A DNA stretch of 64,000 nucleotides from NCBI RefSeq assembly GCF_001447785.1, contig NW_015170912.1, positions 352,977-416,976 of the forward strand, written 5' to 3'. Under the pieces are notes generated by a model. That model was not told the origin of the DNA. It saw nothing but the letters and a program-made list of their open reading frames with translations, and made no database searches. Numbering within the stretch: position 1 is the first letter of the stretch; every line of letters begins with the position of its first letter. This stretch comes from Gekko japonicus. Lineage: Eukaryota. The position numbers and the translations under genes were made by a program. Positions 13,111 to 39,780 of the stretch are shown here, piece by piece.

Positions 13111-13338
13111 AGGAAAGCAAAACTTAGAAATGTCGATGGATACATGATACGTAGCTTGCATGCAAACCCCCCCCCCCCAATAATTTACTTTCAGAGAGAA
13201 ATTTGAGTTAAAAGTATATCAAAACATTGTGTCTAATGAAGGAAATTTGTTTACGATATTCATGATTTATAGAAAACAGTAGTCAGAAGTTACAAAGCAA
13301 AACCGTAGGAACTTGCTTAGACTTATCAAAACAATTCA

Positions 13339-29011
<15,673 letters not shown>

Positions 29012-29812
29012 TTCTTCCTTTCAAGTTCTCCTTCTCTGTAATAAACGAATAAAGGCAGGAGTAATGTGTCCGAATGTAAGAGATTATGAGGGCCACACAG
29101 AAATTCTTACTTTGTCTCTTCCACTACCTCTCCCAACCCAAAATGTCTCTTTTTCAGGCTCTCTTCTTAAGAGGGGCGTCCTATGTGGATTTTTCACATT
29201 ACTCCCACTCCCCTTTGCAGGTCAGTACAGCCCCGTATACTCCTACCTTTCAAGAGTCTCTTGTTATGAGGGTCATTCTGCACTTGGTCCCATTTTGTGC
29301 AGTTTGCTAATGCTGAGTGGCTTGACTGGAGAGATTAGTAGCTGGCACTTTTCAAAATGTGGGAGGCTTGAAACCTCTGCGTACCTCTTGAAAAACATCA
29401 GTGTGCGCCTTTTGAAGACCGGAGGCCCCTCACATTTCAAGGCACTTGAGAACTATTATGGACAAGGAGAAGCAACAGCCGCACTTTCCCTCCCTGAGAT
29501 CATAGAATCAAAGAATCATAGAACGTTAGAGTTGGAAGGGACCTTGCAGGTCATCTAGTCCAACCCCCTGCACTCTGCAGGAGCATAGCCGAGAGATAGC
29601 CCTACAACATACCTGAAAGACGGTCGTCCAGCCTCCGCTTGAAAATATCCAGCAAAGGAGCATCCACCATCTCCCGAGGCAGACTGTTCCACTGCTCAAC
29701 CACTCTTACAGTTAGGAAGTTTTTCCTGATATTTAGCCGGTAACGACTCCCTTGTAATTTCCACCCATTAGACCTAGTCTTGCACTCCGGAGCAAGAGAG
29801 AATAGATCTGCT

Positions 29813-30078
29813 CCAGTTTGGTGTAGTGCCAGTTTGATGTAGTGGTTAAGTGTGCGGACTCTAATCTGGGAGAACCGGGTTTGATTCCCCACTCCTCCAC
29901 TTGCACCTGGCTGGATGACCTTGGGCAAGCCATAGTTCTGATAAGAGCTGTTCTTGAAAAAGAGCAGTTTCTGTCAGAGCTCTCTCAGCACCACCCATCT
30001 CACAGGGTGTCTGTTGTGGGGAGGGGAAGGGAAAGGAGTTTGTAAGCTGCTCTGAGACTCCCTTGGGTAGTGAAGGGC
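29813..30078 (+). mobile_element. Squam3-like SINE inserted in CR1
   Basis: Same family as 34103-34390; its first approximately 15 nt are duplicated. Confidence 0.85.
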
Positions 30079-30217
30079 NNNNNNNNNNNNNNNNNNNNNN
30101 NNNNNNNNNNNNNNNNNNNNNNNNNNNNNNNNNNNNNNNNNNNNNNNNNNNNNNNNNNNNNNNNNNNNNNNNNNNNNNNNNNNNNNNNNNNNNNNNNNNN
30201 NNNNNNNNNNNNNNNNN
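30079..30217. other. Assembly gap (N run)
   Basis: Run of N. Confidence 1.
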
Positions 30218-31211
30218 CAGCCCTTCAAATACTTGAAGACTGCAATCATGTCCCTTCTAAGCCTTCTCTTTCCCAGGCTAAACATACCCAACTCTTTCAG
30301 CCTTTCTTCATAAGACTTGGATTCAAGCCCTCCCACCATCCTGGTTGCCCTCTTCTGGACACGCTCAAGCTTGTCAACATGTCTTGTATTTTTTCATTCC
30401 TGGAGCCAAGTGTTTTCAAAAGTGGAGAGGCTGCAACCTGCTGTCCCCTTGCTTGGGCTCTGGCATTATTAGTATGACAGCACGGCAGTTGTCAAACTGG
30501 CTTAGTCAAAGGAAAACAGTCTCAATCACCCCCACCCCTCAAGTTTCCTGACCACATTATGCTGGCAACCAGCCTTCAGACAAGATTCATCATCCTGACT
30601 GGCACAAAGAGCTGCAAAGGCTGTGACTCCCAATGCTCGCAGATTGAGAGAGCTTTCCCTCAGCTTAGGGAATTTTTTTCTCAAAGGAGGCAGGACCAAT
30701 GGGGGGCACTTGACCTGGGCCTCAAGCTCAAAGGGGGAGGGGCTCTGATTTAAGCACAGCGCATGTGTTTTTTTGGCATTCGATAAGTTTCACAACTTGT
30801 GTTTATACATACTGTGTGCCATCATTGTTAATTTTTTATTATGGCCAGGAGGTCACAAAAGCCAAAAGTGGCCAGGGCCTCTCTGGACCTCAGAGAAAAC
30901 CTGGGAAGACTAGAAAGAGAGAAAATGTTTACAACCTATCAAGCTGGTAGCAGCCTAGTTTTGCCAACTTCGAGATACTCTTCCTTCCGTGTATACTGTT
31001 TCCAAAGTGAGGAAGGGCACTCTCCTATCACAATGCCTGGTGTTTCCCTCCATACACTAAGATGTCCTTAGAGGCTGAAATGTAATAAGGCTTGCCCTGG
31101 TCATTCCATGATGCCTCTGGTGGAGTTTTTAGTACATAGAAATCTGGAAAGAAAACTGGTTTGAGAAAGGGAAATCTTTGTATGCATGTCAGAGGGATTT
31201 TTTTTTAATGA

Positions 31212-31399
31212 AGCAAAACAGAACTTGAGTCTAGTGGCATCGGAAAAAGTACCAAAACGTTTTCCAGAATAATTTTTTTGCAAGTCAGAGCTCACTGCTG
31301 AGTCACAAAAGCTGACGCTGGAACGCATTTTCTTAGTCTTTAAGATGCTACTGGACTCCTGCTTTATTTTGCAGCTAACACAGCTACCCATCTGGAATT
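31212..31399. mobile_element. Older Penelope-like terminus with inverted ends
   Basis: gagtctagtggca... / ...tgctactggactc...ctaacacagctacccatctggaa, similar to the younger copies. Confidence 0.5.
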
Positions 31400-31849
31400 C
31401 TCATTTGTAAAAGCAGGGTCTCCTTGGAGAAGATGCTCCATTGACTTCCTCTTTGTCACAGTAATCCCTGTAAGCTGAGCGAGCAATGATAACAGCCTCG
31501 ACCAGAACCAGAAGGACACCCATTTAATAATATAATATATGCCACAGAGCTGCAAAGTATAAATATATTAACTCAGTGGAATATGCGCTGCTCCATCACC
31601 ACTCCCTATCCCAATGGGAAGTTGCAGGACAAATGAAGACGGATTTGTGATTAATTTTTTAACCAGAACAACCAGGGATCAAGTCCACTTTAACACGACA
31701 GAGACTTTGCAAATTGCAAAGATTGCAACTTCCCCCTGATCATGCACAGAGTGCATTTTTTAATCATCAATACTACACTAAGTGATTCTGCACGTCCAGG
31801 ATCGGGGCTCAGAATTTCCAGGTCAGTTTGAGCCCCTCCCCCACCTCGA

Positions 31850-32300
31850 TTGAAAATTATATTAAAAATTTTACTCGCGTGGAAAAAAGGATGGATGTGC
31901 CCGCCCAATTACGTTCCCCCGGTAGGGAGCGCGCGTGACTCGCTCAATTCACCTTCGGTTTCCATCGCAATCTTCTCCGTCTTCCAAAATAGTTCGAGTT
32001 GTGAGACGCCAACTTCGGGACAGCTCCGCGTTGCTTAGCAACGGCGCCTACCGGCTCCTGAAACGCCCACTCAATGCCCCGCCCCTTCTTTCTACCTCCA
32101 ATCCCGAGGGAGTTAAGAGAGAAGCACCCGCGTATTGGTGGAAGGGCATTGAGCGGCATTGTTAGCTCTGAAAGAGGCGGGGCAAATCCTGAGATGTCAC
32201 AAACTGTGCGGGAGGCGGCATGTGGCGGTGCTGCGTAGTGGTTGAAGTGTCAGAACGGGCGCCCAAGTTCAAGTTCTCGCTCTTGCAGAGAACTCGCTGG
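31850..32300 (-). promoter_or_regulatory. CpG-rich promoter and probable non-coding first exon of LRP2BP
   Basis: Local CpG enrichment, GC boxes (about 32078-32085 and 32174-32182), CCAAT motifs and an X-box at 32030-32042. A minus-strand donor CCGAAG|GTGAAT at 31953/31952 could splice to the acceptor at 29035. Confidence 0.65.
32030..32042. promoter_or_regulatory. RFX X-box motif GTTGCTTAGCAAC
   Basis: Palindromic GTTGC-TTA-GCAAC, fitting the RFX X-box consensus, inside the CpG-rich promoter. Confidence 0.7.
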
Positions 32301-34102
32301 GTGATCTTGGGGCTGTCACTCCTCACCAACCGAGGTTTTACTGCTCCAGGGATTAAAAATAAGGGGGGGAAGAAGATTATCAGTCGTGGCTCACCCAGCT
32401 GTAGTGCTGCAGGAGCTACCTGTGAAGGGCAGAAATCTAACTGCTTTTCAGTCTCTGCTTAGCAGCAGAAGGGAGCACCCGTTATTGTGCATTGAATGCT
32501 CAGCCGCTCCCGAGGTTCAGCTCCGGCTGCAGCCTCTGGGGTTGCACCCGCGCCCATCATTCCAATCTGACCCAGATTAGAGGAGAGTTTTATTGACCTC
32601 CCTCCCTGCACAAGCACTAACTCTTTGTTTGTGTTTTTTTCAAGGAATTAATGCCAGATAAGTATCAAAGGCAGGAACGCCCCATGTGCCGAGTTTTATC
32701 TTCCCACAGCCCTTCACTGCACAGCAAAACTTGAGCAAAAGCGGAATTTTCAGGCAAATTCTATTCCCCTAGCTTTTCTTGGGAAAGCTTTTCTTTCTTT
32801 TAAAATGCATTTTAATCCCAATTTCTCAGGTGATCACATTATCCTAAATAAGGCCACCCCCCTTCATCATGAGTAATAATCACAGGCCCGTAGCTGCAGT
32901 GGGGCATCTCGGGGCTAGGCCCCCTGACTTCCCATCCAGCCCAGGGTCCCCAAGCAGCAGCAGGTGCAGGGAAGGAGCCAGGTATTCCTTTAATTCGATT
33001 AGCCAGTGCCCCCTAAGAAATTTAAATGCCCCTTGACTTAAAAAATCCTGGCTAGGGGCCTGAATACTTATTGTATGGTAGTGTGTTGTATAGCCAGGAG
33101 ATCTGAGGATTGTCTGGCAGCCAAAGTTCTAACTCTTTAGCATTATGCACCACAAAGTGGTGAGCTAGACTTGTTAGTGGGGTGAGAGAGCTCTGAGAGA
33201 ACTGACTGGCCCAAGGTCACCCAGCTGGCTTCATGTGGAGGAGTGGGGGACCAAACCCTGTTCTCCAGATTAGAGTCCTGCCACTCTTAACCACTACAAC
33301 AAGTAATAATGAGTTTGAAAGACTATCAGTAGCAGTAGTTTTTTGTATCATCAGGCAAATTGCTTTTTAAAATTTTCTTTAAAGGCAAAGATGCACCACA
33401 GGCCAGGATGTGTAGAAAGATGAGCCTGTGGACTAGTAACATTTGTGCATGTATTTTCAAGACTGGTTCAGAAGGAACTTTTTGACACTGAACAAAGAAA
33501 CAATGCTATGGCATCACTATGTGCTGTACGGAGAGTGTTACATGAGCCTTTGTACCTTGCTGCTGGGTGCAGATTTAGTGCTAAATTAAAAAACTTTATT
33601 GCTTCGTGCTCGGGCTTAATATAAATGTATCTTGAGCATATGTATTAAAATGTGTGTGACTGTATGCCGTGCAAGAGAATCTTGATTGCTATATTAATCT
33701 GAGTTGCTATGCTAACCACTGTACAAGTAGGTTCTGGAAGCATCCCTTTTGTAGAAGCAAAAGCTGTTCTGAAGTGTTCTTGTTCCAATTTCAGTAAGGC
33801 AAATCAGCATTTCAGGAAAGCCAAATCTGGGGACAGCTCTACACAATGATTCTTCTCCAAGTGACTTTGAATTTGTATTATGTTGCATTCTGTCAGTTTC
33901 CCAAAAGAGGAAAGACTGTGGAGGCTTTTAGAGAAGGGAAAGAAGAAATAGTGGGGGAAGAGAAAATGAGATGTCTCCCCCCAAACCCTTGTGGGTCCCC
34001 CAGTTGTCTCATATTAAACCAAGACATATCCTTATCCTTACGAGATTCTTGTGTCCATGATAGCAAGAAATGTATGTTTCTGGCTGAAGTTATTGCCTGA
34101 TG

Positions 34103-34390
34103 TGCCAGTTTGGTGTAGTGGTTAAGAGCACAGACTCTAATGTGGGAGAACCGTGTTTGATTTCCCACTCCTTCACATGCAGTTGCTGGTGTGACCTTGG
34201 GTCAATCATAAGTTCTTTCAGAGCTGTTCTCTCAAGGGCAGTTCTCGAAAGAGCTCTCTCAGCCCCACCTACCTCACAGGGTGTCTGTTGTGGGGAGGGG
34301 AAGGGAAAGGGATTGTAAACTGCTCTGAGACTCCTTCAGGTAGTGAAGGGCGGGGTATAAATCTAATCTCTTCTCTTCCTCTTCTTCTTT
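34103..34390 (+). mobile_element. Squam3-like SINE, full length
   Basis: tRNA-like A and B boxes, core ctctcagccccacctacctcacagggtgtctgttgtgggg and (CTT)n tail. Confidence 0.88.
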
Positions 34391-35080
34391 AAGAGGAAAC
34401 TGAGAGCTCACCCCTTCCCCTCCCTGCAGATTATCCACTGCCTATTGTAGGGAATCAATAGAAACTCCAGGATGGTGGAAGCAAAAGAACAAAGAGTGGA
34501 CAGGACCAGAATGTTCCCCCTTGATAGCCTTTGGGTGCACTTTAGCTCAGGGAGGTGCATCACTGGATAAAAAGCACCTTGGGGACACTTTTAAATTAAC
34601 ATGCCTTTAAAACACTAGACACGATTGACAGAGGTGTTTTCCACATGGTGAAAGCCTTGTGCAGGTTCCCTGTTGCTGCTGTGGCTGTGGATACAACCCA
34701 GTGGCAACAGGGTTCCACATGGCAGACGTCCCTGTAGTTTCCCTGCCCCTGCCCCAACCACCCTTCCTGGCACAGGCTAGTTTCCCCAGGGTAGCTATTT
34801 TCCCCAGGGTTGCCAACCTCTAGGTGAGGCCTGGAGATCTCAAAAAATTACAACCAATCTCCAAATTATAGAGATTAGTTCCCCTGGAGAAATTGACAGC
34901 TTTGGAAGCTGAACTCGATGACACTCTGTCCCACTGAGGTTCCTCCCCTCCCCCGGTTCCACACGCAGATCTTCAGGAATACCTGAAATTGGAATTCTAC
35001 TCCCCCTGGCTTTTCCAGTTTTTTTTTTTAATAGGCATTTTAATATAATCATAACGATATAGCAACTTGTATATCTTGTT

Positions 35081-35299
35081 TAGGGTTGCCAGGTCTGAGT
35101 TGGGAAATACCTGGACATTTTGGGGGTGGAGCCCGGGGAGGGTGGGGTATGGTGAGGCGAGAGACTTCAGCAGGGTATAATGCTATAGAGCCCACCCTCC
35201 AAAGCAGCCATTTGCTGCAGGCGAACTCACCTTGGTCATCTGAAGAACAATAGTAATAGCTGGAGATCTCCAAGTGCCACAGGGAGGCTGTCAACCCTA
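35081..35299. mobile_element. hAT (Blackjack-like) MITE; related partial copy at about 34805-35010
   Basis: TIR tagggttgcca...tgtcaacccta with a degenerate 8-bp TSD. Confidence 0.65.
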
Positions 35300-36021
35300 C
35301 GCTTGTTCTGTAAATTCCAAGCTTTCATTTTTTAAAAAAAGTCTATAGCCCCTTTTGTTGTGGAGATCTACTTTTCTCCTTTTATATCTTTGCAGCAAAA
35401 GAGGCTAGAGACTTACTTTAAAAAAAAAGAAAGCTGGGAATTTAGAGAACCTGATACACAGATAGTTATAATACCAATATAACAATATTCAGTTGCCAAT
35501 TAAAAAACCAAAACCAAAATGCCCCTTTGTGGGAGGAGAAAGAAATGGTGGCCATGGGGTAAAATGGCTGCTGTGTGGGCATGACTTCCCCATGCACACG
35601 GTTGCTATTCAGGCTTTGCTGCAATCTCTCTCAAAATTTCACAGCAAAGCAGGTTTAGAAAAGATTGGAGGAAAGCTGAGGAAGCCCCTGAGATGCTCAT
35701 GAATTCACCACAATGCAGTGGAGGAGCAGGGAAAACCCCACTTCCCGACTGAATCAAATTTAGGGCAAGTAAACTATTTAGAAATGTCCAGAGAGTATAT
35801 TGGGTCCATACTATTGAGTAATACAGTAGGTATTTAGTGCTACCAATGGGTTGGATCTAACCAGCTGTTCCACTGCTGAAAAAAGAAGGATGACCACCAA
35901 AAACAGTAATGCTGGGGATCATGGGACCAACATGGACAAAACCATGTGGGTTCTGGGCAGCAGGATCGTAGCAAGAAGCAAAATTAGGTGAGATGGAATG
36001 AAAAAAAAAACCTGACAGAAT

Positions 36022-36227
36022 CAATGCTCCCTCTAAGGTGTAGAGTCTTGTGAGCAAAAATTCTACTTTGTGAGCTACTGGCATTAAAGTTGTGAGCGGG
36101 TAATCTGGCTACTGCATAAATTAGTTTGCTCTGGAGCCATCCTTCCTGAGCGAAGACAAAAATGTGTGAGATGGAGGCTAAAAAACTGTGAGCTAGCTCG
36201 CACTAGCTCAGCTTAGAGGAAACATTG
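36022..36227. mobile_element. hAT MITE (same family as 5637-5841)
   Basis: TIRs present; degenerate TSD gacagaat/ggcaggat. Confidence 0.85.
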
Positions 36228-37542
36228 GGCAGGATCCAACTCACTGTCAAAGACAGGATAGTAGTCTAATTCACAATTGGTCTAAGCCTACTCTTGTATA
36301 AAAATAACTCTTAAAGGAGTTTTAAAAAACCTCTTGAGGGAACCAATCAGAGTGCATTTTTAGCCACACAGGAGGCACATAAATTCACAGCTCACTGAAG
36401 GCCAAACGACACAATACTCTTTTTAATAGGTTGGTTCCATGTTCCCAGATCCAGTTCACTTTCCCCACAGGAGCTGTGGCACACAGCCATTTTCCCAAGC
36501 TGAGCTAACCCCACACTCACCTGGTCTATTTCAGCTTGGGAAAATGGCATGGGGAAAGGCAGGCATCTCTCCTCCCCATATGCTGTAGTAGTCCTGAGTC
36601 AAATTAGGTCCTCACAGACTTTAAAAGCTGTTTACCTCAGCTGCTGTATGGAAAATTACTTCCCCTGACCGGACTGGTTGCAAATCGTTGTCACATAGTT
36701 TGGCCCTTAAGTTTCCTACAGTAATTTAGTTCCCACCCCCCAACTGATTTATGGTATATTTCAAATAACATCTATCTAAAGATATTTTAAATGAGCAGGA
36801 AAGAAATAACTGGAGCAACCAAAAACTGCTGTTTGAAAGCAAGGTGATAAATCAGTGGGAGATTCAAATCCAGAGGCAGCCATGGCAACTTGGAGTAAAC
36901 AGGATATGGGTTGCTAGGCTATGCGGAAGGTGACGGTTTCCCTGGCACAAATGCTGCTGTAGCTTACATGAATTGTTTGGCTGAAGAAGCATCTTATTAA
37001 CATCCAGTACTGGATGGTCCATGTTAGCTGTGAGCCTGGAAGTCCTTTGCTCTAATGTTGTCTGTGGCTCAGACTTGCTAGGTAGCCTTAAGCAAGCCGC
37101 TTGCTCTCAATTGACCTACCTTGTTGTAAGGATGTTTTAGGGTTCCTGAGATATGTAGTGCACACTGAGAGCTCTAAAATGCTATGTATGAAAAACCAGT
37201 GAGTTTCTGGCTCCAATTCTGTTGCCTTTAAATTTCCAAAGGATTTGGCTCCAGCTATCGGAAGAAGCGCCCTCTCTCCCATATTCCCTCCCATGCCATA
37301 ACAAGAGAAAGCCTGCCTTCTGTGATGCTGCAGATGCCAATCAGAAGGCCGCCTCCAGTGCAGCGCCACTAGTCTGAATGCTTTGCCAGGAGAGCCTGAG
37401 TTGCTCGTCTTCTCCTTTCCTGTATTCAAGGGACTGACAAGGAGTTTCCTTGTGATGACCTGATTGCTTGACTGAAGACAACTATTTCTATGTTTTATAC
37501 TGTTGTTTTACCTTAAGAACACCAGTCCCCTGTAGGATCAGA

Positions 37543-38113
37543 AAAAAAAATACAAAAAATTATAAAGGATCCAGCAATTAGAGTGGCACAAGATACAAAA
37601 AGACAGATATTGCTGTGTATGTTCATCAAATTTTCAATTTTCCAAGTTGTATTTTGTTTTTCAGATACATCAAACAACTCAATAAGAACAAAGTCTTCAG
37701 AAGAGAAGAAGAAGAAGGACGGACCTTCCCGGGCTTTCTGTAGTCCGTTTCGAACAATATCTTTCTCAGATGTCAATTCATGTTGTCTATAGTGTTCTTA
37801 CAATTCCAATCTTGACTGTATATGTGGTGTTTACAAAAGTTCAGAAACAGCTGCTCATAGCTCTATTGTCTATGAGCAGCTGTTTCTGAACTTTTGTAAA
37901 CACCACATATACAGTCAAGATTGGAATTGTAAGAACACTATAGACAACATGAATTGACATCTGAGAAAGATATTGTTCGAAACGGACTACAGAAAGCCCG
38001 GGAAGGTCCGTCCTTCTTCTTCTTCTCTTCTGAAGACTTTGTTCTTATTGAGTTGTTTGATGTATCTGAAAAACAAAATACAACTTGGAAAATTGAAAAT
38101 TTGTCTTTTTGTA
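37543..38113. repeat. Foldback insertion: 234-bp inverted repeat arms (37627-37860 / 37870-38103), 9-nt loop, 15-bp TSD
   Basis: Arms read as exact reverse complements; TSD ccctgtaggatcaga at 37528-37542 and 38114-38128. Confidence 0.92.
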
Positions 38114-38580
38114 CCCTGTAGGATCAGACCAGTGGTCCATCTAGTCCAGCACCCTGCATTACACAGCAGCCAACCAATTGACCAGAGGCCAGGTCTCCTT
38201 GGTGTTGCTTCCTAGTACCGGTATTCAGAGGTTTAGTGCCTCTGAATGTGAACGTTCACCTTGGTCATCATGACCAAGTAGCCACTCATGAGGGACCTAT
38301 CCTCCAGGAACCTGTTTAAAACCATCCATCCTCATGGCATGTAACTATTTACCTGTAAGGTCAAGAAGTAATTCCTTTTAACTATCCTGGATCCATTGCC
38401 CATCAACTTAATGGGTATCCCCCCATCCTACTATTACAGCAGAGAGATCTACTTTCTTCATTGCATGCATAAATTTATAAATATCTATTATTTCCCCCCT
38501 GTTGTCTTTTTTCTAAACTGAAAGGCTCCAGACCCTTTAGCCTCTCCTCATAGGAAAGGTGCTACAACCTTCTAATCACA
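38114..38580 (-). mobile_element. CR1 LINE 3' fragment (host of the foldback; continues at 37513-37542)
   Basis: ggatcagaccagtggtccatctagtccagc CR1-type 3' end and a degraded ctttttctaaactgaaa...ctctcctcataggaaagg segment. Confidence 0.7.
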
Positions 38581-38876
38581 TTGTGACTTTGTGTTACTAT
38601 TTTGTATACGTTGTATTCTTTCCTTTAGTACGCCACTTGGAGGGGGTGCCTTTCCGTTGGAGTTTGCAAGTTCATCTTTCAGTCATGAAAAAGTTAGCCT
38701 GTTTATGTATGCATGCCAATATTAGCTATTTGGCTTAGGGACCAGTTAGCCCTTACATACTTCTTTCTGCCAGAGATAAGGTGACAATATTCTTAATGAA
38801 GAGAGCCTTAGAACTTCTAAGTTAGTGGTGTGGGAGTTTTATTGGGGGGCTATGTGTGTTTGGTCACGCACACAAG

Positions 38877-39208
38877 TAAAGATGGGAAACTTTATCCCCT
38901 TTGTTCTCTTTCACATGAGTTTTAGGATCCAACTAGCCAACATGGACTTTGGAACTAGTTAGATAGGATGTTTGTTATTTTACTTCCTAATGCAACCCTT
39001 TTTCTCCTTTATATAGTAAACTCTTTTTCTTAAACTAATTAAGTATTAGAGTATTAGTTTAAGAAAAAAGAGTTTACTATATAAAGGAGGAAAAGGGTTA
39101 CATTTGGAAGTAAAATAACAAACATCCTATCTAACTAGTTCTAAGGTCCATGTTGACTAGTTGGATGCCAAAAAACTCGTGTGAAAGGAAATAAAGTTTC
39201 CCAACTTT
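38877..39208. mobile_element. Palindromic MITE-like element (about 330 bp imperfect hairpin)
   Basis: aaagatgggaaactttat...ataaagtttcccaacttt ends with long complementary arms, centre about 39045; no clear TSD. Confidence 0.7.
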
Positions 39209-39249
39209 CTTAAAGGTCAGGAAACAAGGTATATATTTTAATAATACTC

Positions 39250-39780
39250 TCGGGCTCCTGCTTAAAGGAACACGTCCCCAGGCGCCCTTCAGTAGGAATC
39301 GCCAGCATGTATCGTTTCCCTCCCTCCCCCTGTTGTGGCTGCTGTCGCAAGGAGACCAGACTGCGGGTGGCCGAGTGTGTGTGATACGTGTCTAGCCACA
39401 GCGTGCCCCATGGCTGCGCCACCTGCCACAAGCTCTTCCGGCTTCCTCTCTTCTCATAAATAAGCGCACCAAGAGCCGGCTGCTTGTCGACGGCCTCAGC
39501 AGGAGCCAATCAGCGCGCGGCACGGCGGCCTGCCCGGCATGTGCTCTTGTTTGCGTACGTGCGGAGCAGGCGGCTCCCGACAGAGAGGGCGGGGTCCCAG
39601 CCAGGGTGGCTCTTCTTCATCTGGCTCGTGCAAGATGCAGTGGCGGTAGAGAGGCAGTGCTGAAAACTTCCATCCCACCACGACTTTTCCCTCGGTGAAA
39701 ACCAGGAGGATGCTGTTACTGTTAGATGGCCACGCAGAGGTAAGTCTTGGGGCGCTTTTAACGTGGGCGTTCTGGAGGTT
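39250..39780 (+). promoter_or_regulatory. ANKRD37 CpG-island promoter with hypoxia-response elements
   Basis: RCGTG cores at 39271-39275 (-), 39386-39390, 39401-39405, 39557-39561 and 39761-39765; CCAAT 39506-39510; GC box 39587-39592. ANKRD37 is an established HIF-1 target in mammals. Confidence 0.75.

Larger units (their letters stand above)
29500..30380 (-). mobile_element. CR1 LINE 3' fragment interrupted by a SINE and a gap
   Basis: Peptides [32 protein letters not shown] and RLNIRKNFLTVRVVEQWNSLP; (gaatcata)n tail at the left end. Confidence 0.88.

Noticed and set aside
37960-38040. Hammerhead-like GAAA-CGGAC...GTCCG-TC stem with nearby CTGAGA and CTGAAGA inside the foldback arm
   Set aside because: Stem III and a GUC triplet are present, but no stem I or stem II can be formed in type I, II or III topology.
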